64,000 bases of DNA from an uncultured Lachnospiraceae bacterium (GTDB taxonomy: Bacteria; Bacillota; Clostridia; Lachnospirales; Lachnospiraceae): assembly GCA_910583895.1 (NCBI GenBank), contig CAJTYJ010000018.1, positions 251 to 64,250 on the forward strand, read 5' to 3'. The notes beneath the pieces are model-generated. The model saw nothing but the letters and a program-made list of their open reading frames with translations. It ran no database searches and was not told where the DNA came from. The translations under genes were made by a program, and so were the position numbers. Shown in pieces: positions 58,708 to 64,000 of the stretch; position 1 is the stretch's first letter; each line of letters starts with the position of its first letter.

Positions 58708-59127
58708 CTAACTTGTATAATTTTCAAGAAAATTGTAAAGTTCTTCTTCATTTTTTAAATATTTTCCATTGTGAATCTCTTCCTGCATCCCCACAGGCAG
58801 GATGTCCATAATCACATCCGTGTATTCAAAAATCTCATTCTCCGGAAGTTTATAGACCGACACATAGCCGTTGTCATTCCGAAGAAGATACTCATACTCT
58901 TCATATGTGGTATCTTCCTTTGGTTCTTCCGGGAAGAGGGGGTTTTCTTCCTCTTCCGGAGTTACCTGATCCGGGCTGGTCCGGGCCGGCAGCATTTCCA
59001 CCAGTTCCGTTCCGTGCTGTTCTTCCGGCGGGACCACCGTATCCTCTTTGATATACCAAAGCACTGCCGCTGCCACGATCACCATGGCCAGCACCGTAAG
59101 GGTGATCCCCCATGTTCTTTTGGACAT
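58708..59127 (-). CDS. Hypothetical membrane-anchored protein
   Basis: 139 aa. N-terminal TM helix, an acidic/Pro-rich linker, and a small C-terminal domain (YLLRNDNGYVSVYKL...) reminiscent of the BofC-C-like fold. The family assignment is uncertain. Confidence 0.55.
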   Translation of the reverse strand: MSKRTWGITLTVLAMVIVAAAVLWYIKEDTVVPPEEQHGTELVEMLPARTSPDQVTPEEEENPLFPEEPKEDTTYEEYEYLLRNDNGYVSVYKLPENEIFEYTDVIMDILPVGMQEEIHNGKYLKNEEELYNFLENYTS

Positions 59128-59237
59128 AATAAAACCTCCTTTTTCCAGTCACATCCATTCAGATCAGGGAAAGCTGACATAAAACTTTTCCCATTCTGTA
59201 TTATGAACTGGAAAAAAGAGGGTTATACGCAAAATCA

Positions 59238-60899
59238 CTACATCAATCTTAATTTTTTTGCAAGATTTACCAAAATCTGTCCCTTGGGAATCCTGAGCAG
59301 TTCTTCTTCTGTAAGTCCGCGGAACAAAAGAAGCGCGATTCCGTATACCAGCACCGCGCAGGCGCAGGCGGCCAGTGTGGCGATTGTATTGTTCTTGACC
59401 AGGGTCATCAGGCCCAGATGAATTCCATATGCAGCACCGCCCATGATCGCAGAGGAAGCCGCCGGGATCAAAAAGGTCCGGATCACCTCCTGCCGGTACT
59501 TCATATACCTGGCTATGGACCGGGAATTCAGCACACACATCAAAAATGCAAAAAAGATATTTGACCACACCACTGCATAAATATTCAGGTTCGGCACCAG
59601 GATCAGAAAGACCAGAAGCGCAATATGGAGAACCAGGGCAACCGCCGCATGGATCACCGGAAGCCGCATCTTATCCATCCCCTGCAGGATGCCGTTGGTC
59701 AGCGTCGACATTCCATAAAAAACAACCGATGCCGTCCCGATCTGAAGAAGTGCTGCCGAAGTCTGGATATGCTCTTTGGCCCCAAACAAAAGCGTAAGGA
59801 TCGGTTCCGCCAGCACAGAAAGTCCCACGGCACTGGGAATGCAGACGATCATCACAAAACGGATGGCGTTCTCTGTCTTTCTGCGCATTTCCCTTCGGTC
59901 CTTGTTGACTCTGGCTTTGGTCAGTACCGGAATCGTGGACGCAGCCATGGCGGAAGCCACGGCAATGGGAACGTTGGTCAGCACTTTGTATTCTCCGCTG
60001 AAGATTCCCCAAAGCTCGTCAATCTTCATATTGTCGTATTTTTTATACACCATCAGATGCTTGAAGATGCCCTGGTCGATGATGCCGCTTAAATTATAGA
60101 CCGCCGTACTTAAAATCACCGGCAGAATCGTGATCAGCAGAAGATAATAGATCTCCGGTGTAGACTCCACCTTCCCGCCCCGGTCCATGCTCCTTTTCTT
60201 TTTCATGACTCTGCTGTAAGCGAACATGATAAAGATCAGGAACAAAAGTCCAATCAGCGCTCCTGCCCCCGTACCAAGCGTGCTGCCCGCAGCCCCGTAG
60301 GCGTAAGCAGCCGTTTTGGTGGAAAAAAGAGCATCCAGCTTTGTTCCGTACCGGAAAAGAGCCCATGCAGCGCCGATACTCACCGCTGCGTTGATCACCT
60401 GTTCCACGATCTGAGAGACTGCCGTTGGGATCATGGATCCCAGTCCTTGAAAATATCCCCGCATGCAGCCCATGAGAGCCACCACCAGAATCGTCGGGGC
60501 CAGCACCTGCAGAGCCAGACGGCTCTCCGGCGTATTGACCAGCACATCGCTGAAAAAGTCAGCCCCCAAATAGATCAAAAGGGAGCCAAGCCCTCCGGAG
60601 ATCAGGGAGAAGATCAGCGTACACCGGAAGATCTTGTAGGCACTTTTTACCCTGCCCCTGGCCATCCGGGCGCTCACCAGCTTGGACACCGCCAGCGGAA
60701 GACTAAAAGACGAGATCAGAAGCACCATGGAATAGACTTCAAATGCCGCCGAATAATAGCTGTTGCCCACCGGTCCTAAGATTCTTGTGACAGGGATACG
60801 GTAGGCAAGTCCGATCACTCTTACAAGGATGGACGCCACCGCCAGAATCCCGCCCTGTACAATGTAGTTAGAGCCTTTTTTATGCTTCTTTGTACCCAT
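59238..60899 (-). CDS. MOP-superfamily flippase (stage V sporulation protein B / MurJ-like polysaccharide biosynthesis protein)
   Basis: 553 aa, about 14 TM helices. N-terminus GGILAVASILVRVIGLAYRIPVTRILG is typical of SpoVB/MurJ-type proteins. Confidence 0.8.
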   Translation of the reverse strand: MGTKKHKKGSNYIVQGGILAVASILVRVIGLAYRIPVTRILGPVGNSYYSAAFEVYSMVLLISSFSLPLAVSKLVSARMARGRVKSAYKIFRCTLIFSLISGGLGSLLIYLGADFFSDVLVNTPESRLALQVLAPTILVVALMGCMRGYFQGLGSMIPTAVSQIVEQVINAAVSIGAAWALFRYGTKLDALFSTKTAAYAYGAAGSTLGTGAGALIGLLFLIFIMFAYSRVMKKKRSMDRGGKVESTPEIYYLLLITILPVILSTAVYNLSGIIDQGIFKHLMVYKKYDNMKIDELWGIFSGEYKVLTNVPIAVASAMAASTIPVLTKARVNKDRREMRRKTENAIRFVMIVCIPSAVGLSVLAEPILTLLFGAKEHIQTSAALLQIGTASVVFYGMSTLTNGILQGMDKMRLPVIHAAVALVLHIALLVFLILVPNLNIYAVVWSNIFFAFLMCVLNSRSIARYMKYRQEVIRTFLIPAASSAIMGGAAYGIHLGLMTLVKNNTIATLAACACAVLVYGIALLLFRGLTEEELLRIPKGQILVNLAKKLRLM

Positions 60900-60916
60900 A
60901 GATTCTCTAATCCTCT

Positions 60917-61414
60917 TTATCTTTTTATACCTAAATGCTGCAATACGGCAGACTGTCTTGCCTCCATATCTGCAGCGTCCTCTTCTGTCATATGGTCATA
61001 CCCCAGAAGGTGCAGCATGCTGTGGGCCACCAGAAAAGCGAACTCCCGCCGCCTGCCGTGGCCGTAGCAGTCTGCCTGCTCTTTTACCTTGTCCAAAGAG
61101 ATGATGATATCTCCCAGAAACAATTCTCCCGTATCCGGGTTAAAGCATCCTGCCTCTTGTTCTTCTGCCCGTGAAAAATCTCCCGGTTTCTCATAATCGA
61201 TCTGAGGAAAAGACAGCACGTCCGTCGGCCGGTCAATCCCCCGATACTGAAGATTCAGATGATGAATCTCTTCGTCCGAAGTCAAAAGCAGACTCACTTC
61301 GGCTTCATAAGGACAGCCCTCCTGTTCCAGAACCTGCACGGCTACCTCTTTGGCTGTCTTTTCATAGTCCACGTCCAGATCCAGATCGTATTCCTTTTCT
61401 ACGTTTAGCGTCAT
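60917..61414 (-). CDS. ybeY: rRNA maturation endoribonuclease YbeY
   Basis: Start trimmed to MTLNVEKEYDL. Contains DVLSFP and the zinc motif HSMLHLLGYDH. Confidence 0.9.
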   Translation of the reverse strand: MTLNVEKEYDLDLDVDYEKTAKEVAVQVLEQEGCPYEAEVSLLLTSDEEIHHLNLQYRGIDRPTDVLSFPQIDYEKPGDFSRAEEQEAGCFNPDTGELFLGDIIISLDKVKEQADCYGHGRRREFAFLVAHSMLHLLGYDHMTEEDAADMEARQSAVLQHLGIKR

Positions 61415-62390
61415 GGTTTTCCTTTCTTCCGGCTGTCTTTTTTTCATATTCCTCATATGCAGTCACAATTCTCTGCACCAGGGGATGGCGCACCACATCC
61501 TTGCTGGTCAGACGGCAAAAAGCGATCTCTTCCACCTGACGCAGCACTTTCTGAGCTACGTCCAGGCCGGATGATACGTCCGGAGACAAATCTTTCTGGG
61601 TCTCATCACCGGTTACCACCACTTTCGACCCAAACCCGATTCTGGTTAAAAACATCTTCATCTGTGCCTGCGTCGTGTTCTGGGCTTCATCCAGGATGAT
61701 AAAGGCATTGTCCAGAGTTCTCCCCCGCATATAGGCCAGGGGAGCCACCTCGATCAGCCCTTTTTCCATGTTCTTCTGAAAACTGTCTGCTCCCATGATC
61801 TGATACAAAGCATCATACAAAGGACGCAGATAAGGATCCACCTTGCTCTGCAGATCGCCCGGCAGAAAGCCCAGCTTCTCTCCCGCCTCAATGGCGGGAC
61901 GGGTCAGAATAATCCGCTCCACCTCCCCGGATTTGAAAGCAGTGATCGCCATGGCCATGGCCAGATAAGTTTTTCCGGTACCCGCCGGTCCGATGCCAAA
62001 TACGATCATATGATCCCGGATGGCGTCTACATACTGCTTCTGCCCCAGAGTCTTGGGCTTTATGGATTTTCCGCTGATGGTATGGCAGATCAGGTCGTTG
62101 TCGATGGCCAGAAGCGCCCCGCTTTGCTTTTCCATGGCCATAGCCAGGGCATAATTTACATTTTGCTCCGTGATCTGGCTGCCTCTTCTGGACAGTTCCA
62201 AAAGTTCTAAAAGCACCTGCTTTGCCTGGGAGACTTGTGCCTCGCTGCCCAGCAGTTTCAGTCCGTCGTCCCTTGTGATGGCCGACACGCCAGTGGTCCG
62301 CTCGATCTTCTTCAGGTATACGTCAAATTGTCCGAATACATTCTGTTCATGCTCGGACGGAATGTCAAAAATATGTTCTTCTAATGTCAC
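61362..62390 (-). CDS. phoH: PhoH-like ATPase
   Basis: 342 aa. Walker A GPAGTGKTYLAMA, then ILDEAQN and GDETQKDL. Confidence 0.9.
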   Translation of the reverse strand: MTLEEHIFDIPSEHEQNVFGQFDVYLKKIERTTGVSAITRDDGLKLLGSEAQVSQAKQVLLELLELSRRGSQITEQNVNYALAMAMEKQSGALLAIDNDLICHTISGKSIKPKTLGQKQYVDAIRDHMIVFGIGPAGTGKTYLAMAMAITAFKSGEVERIILTRPAIEAGEKLGFLPGDLQSKVDPYLRPLYDALYQIMGADSFQKNMEKGLIEVAPLAYMRGRTLDNAFIILDEAQNTTQAQMKMFLTRIGFGSKVVVTGDETQKDLSPDVSSGLDVAQKVLRQVEEIAFCRLTSKDVVRHPLVQRIVTAYEEYEKKTAGRKENHDAKRRKGIRSGSGRGL

Positions 62391-63635
62391 TTAAGTCTCT
62401 TCCCTTTCCTCTGCAGGCTCTTCCTGCGTTGGTTCTTCCTGCTTCGGCGTACACTCCTGCACGGCAGACTCTTCCACCACATAGTCTCCCTCTGCGTTGC
62501 AGACGCCTCCGCTAATCTCTATTTTAACATTATTTTCAATAATTTGAAGTCCCTTTCTTCTTAATTTTTCAAAAAACAGGGACCATTCTTCTTTGGCACG
62601 AGCCACCGCTTCCTCTTTGGTGTACGTCGTCTCTGACGGAACGTACTCCTGTTCGACATTTTTCCCCAGAATCACCGGCAAATAAAAATTCTCCGTGATC
62701 TTCAAAGGCAGTTCGCTGGCAATGGAATCAAACTGCTCATAAGTATCCGGGTGCCAGAACCGAACATCGAATCTTTTCTTTCCCAGGATCAGGTAAAAAG
62801 AGGTTTTCGTTCTTCCTGTATACTCTTTCTTGATATATTTCATCTCGAAAGAAGCCTGATAGTGCTCAGTCCGCTGAATCTGTATGTCTGCATCCGCATG
62901 CACATAATACGTATTGGCTGTCTCCCCGGCATCATCTAAAATCTCCACAAGACTTTCCACCAGCATATCGCCTTTTTTCACTTCCATCCCTTCTGTGACA
63001 GCCGGTGTGCCGCTGCGCACGATCATGGAGACGATGGTGCCGGAATTCGAAGCTTTCAGGTCCGCCGGTTCTTCCTTTGGTATCTTTTCCGGAATCACGT
63101 CCTCATTTTCCTGCACATGGATGATGAGCCTCGTCCCTTTCACCTCCGCAGAGGTCCAGGTGATCTCCGGAAAATGTTCCCGCAAGGCGGCTTCGATCTC
63201 TTCTCCGTGAATCTCTCTTTTCGCCATTCCATGAACGATCTCGATGCTCTCCAGGTAATCAAGAATCACTTCATCGCTTAAACTGTAGTTGCCCTCCACA
63301 TGGATATTCCATATAAAAAGAGACAATCCATACAGAATCACCGCCCCAAGCAGCGCACCCGCTGCAAAAAGCTTCCGGTTCTGGTAGCGGTAAAGCATAA
63401 AAGGAAGGCCGTGTCTTTCCAGAATCACGACCTTCGTCTTTGTCTTGTGCACCAGCGGCCGAAGTCTGCGGAATCCGCTGATACTGATACACATCTCATA
63501 TTCCGTTCCGACTGAACGCAGGCCCCAGAGTATAATACGGTGATGACTGCACAGATTCAAAAAACGCTCCGGCGAATATCCGGACAGGCGAATCACCACA
63601 TATCCTTTCAGAAATTTCAAAAGATTCGTCAACAA
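62391..63635 (-). CDS. yqfD: Sporulation protein YqfD
   Basis: 414 aa. MLTNLLKFLKGYVVIRLSGYSPERFLNLC N-terminus, a central TM helix, and position directly after yqfC. Confidence 0.85.
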   Translation of the reverse strand: MLTNLLKFLKGYVVIRLSGYSPERFLNLCSHHRIILWGLRSVGTEYEMCISISGFRRLRPLVHKTKTKVVILERHGLPFMLYRYQNRKLFAAGALLGAVILYGLSLFIWNIHVEGNYSLSDEVILDYLESIEIVHGMAKREIHGEEIEAALREHFPEITWTSAEVKGTRLIIHVQENEDVIPEKIPKEEPADLKASNSGTIVSMIVRSGTPAVTEGMEVKKGDMLVESLVEILDDAGETANTYYVHADADIQIQRTEHYQASFEMKYIKKEYTGRTKTSFYLILGKKRFDVRFWHPDTYEQFDSIASELPLKITENFYLPVILGKNVEQEYVPSETTYTKEEAVARAKEEWSLFFEKLRRKGLQIIENNVKIEISGGVCNAEGDYVVEESAVQECTPKQEEPTQEEPAEEREET

Positions 63636-63889
63636 TAACGGATTTCTCCAATCTCGCCCGATATTTTCATCTCATCTTCTGTATAGTAGTCGATATGCAG
63701 CCCCTCCCCGCACAGGGTCATCTGACAGGTTTTGGTCTGCAGACGGATCCTCTTCTCGGTGTATTCAATGATTCCCCGGTAATTTTCCACATATGCCTCA
63801 CATCTTCCGGTCACCGTCAGGACAGCTGCGCCCATGACCAGATCCTTGGGAAGTTTCAGCTTTTCCGCCATCTGTTCTCTCAGTTTCAT
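63629..63889 (-). CDS. yqfC: Sporulation protein YqfC (YabP family)
   Basis: 86 aa. LPKDLVMGAAVLTVTGRCEAYVENYRGIIEYT is typical of YqfC. Overlaps yqfD by 7 nt. Confidence 0.85.
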   Translation of the reverse strand: MKLREQMAEKLKLPKDLVMGAAVLTVTGRCEAYVENYRGIIEYTEKRIRLQTKTCQMTLCGEGLHIDYYTEDEMKISGEIGEIRYC

Positions 63890-64000
63890 GATCTACCAGC
63901 CTGCGTAGTTACTATCAATATATGTAAGGGATTTTGTTTTATGTCACCGATATAAGATGAGGCTGAACCAGGTTACCACATTCCCCTCATTCATAAAAGT

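Overview
This is a 64-kb chromosomal segment, about 50% GC, from a spore-forming Firmicute. It looks Clostridia/Lachnospiraceae-like: yqfC, yqfD, a spoVB-like gene and ylbJ are present. Most genes sit in minus-strand housekeeping operons. Recognisable blocks, left to right:
- tyrosine recombinase, C39-like peptidase, DUF45 metallopeptidase and a K/E-rich protein
- a stress/redox patch: MBL hydrolase, leaderless Cu/Zn-SOD-like protein, amidohydrolase, GlsB, TlpA-like lipoprotein, a 50-aa CXXC peptide, a 4Fe-4S membrane protein and a Cys-rich protein
- an AgrC-like kinase with a LytTR regulator
- an ECF sigma/anti-sigma pair with two FtsX-type permeases and no ATPase
- a YyaL-like thioredoxin-domain protein
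- a galactoside locus: AraC, GPH symporter, GH2 beta-galactosidase, AraC
- an SPFH protein, a MATE exporter, livJHMGF and xpt
- a partial his operon: hisZ-G-D-B plus a hisF-like::hisIE fusion
- recU, pseudouridine synthases, a YgiQ radical-SAM protein, an RsmF-like methyltransferase and an M23 peptidase
- a 960-aa secreted transglutaminase-like/MBG/FN3 protein, an M18 aminopeptidase, coaD and rsmD
- a proB-DUF896-(5-FCL::proA) arrangement, then ybeY and phoH

No rRNA gene, canonical tRNA gene, CRISPR array or intact IS element was seen.

The most unusual signals are non-coding:
1. A 0.66-kb ORF-free, hairpin-dense gap upstream of the SPFH gene. It contains a circularly permuted tRNA-like module: T-arm, closed acceptor helix, then D-arm.
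2. Three tandem 104-bp hairpin repeats, one of which carries an inverted apical tetraloop.
3. A dispersed palindromic repeat family with copies at 12.1 kb and 46.2 kb.

All functional calls rest on motif recognition by eye. No database search was run.
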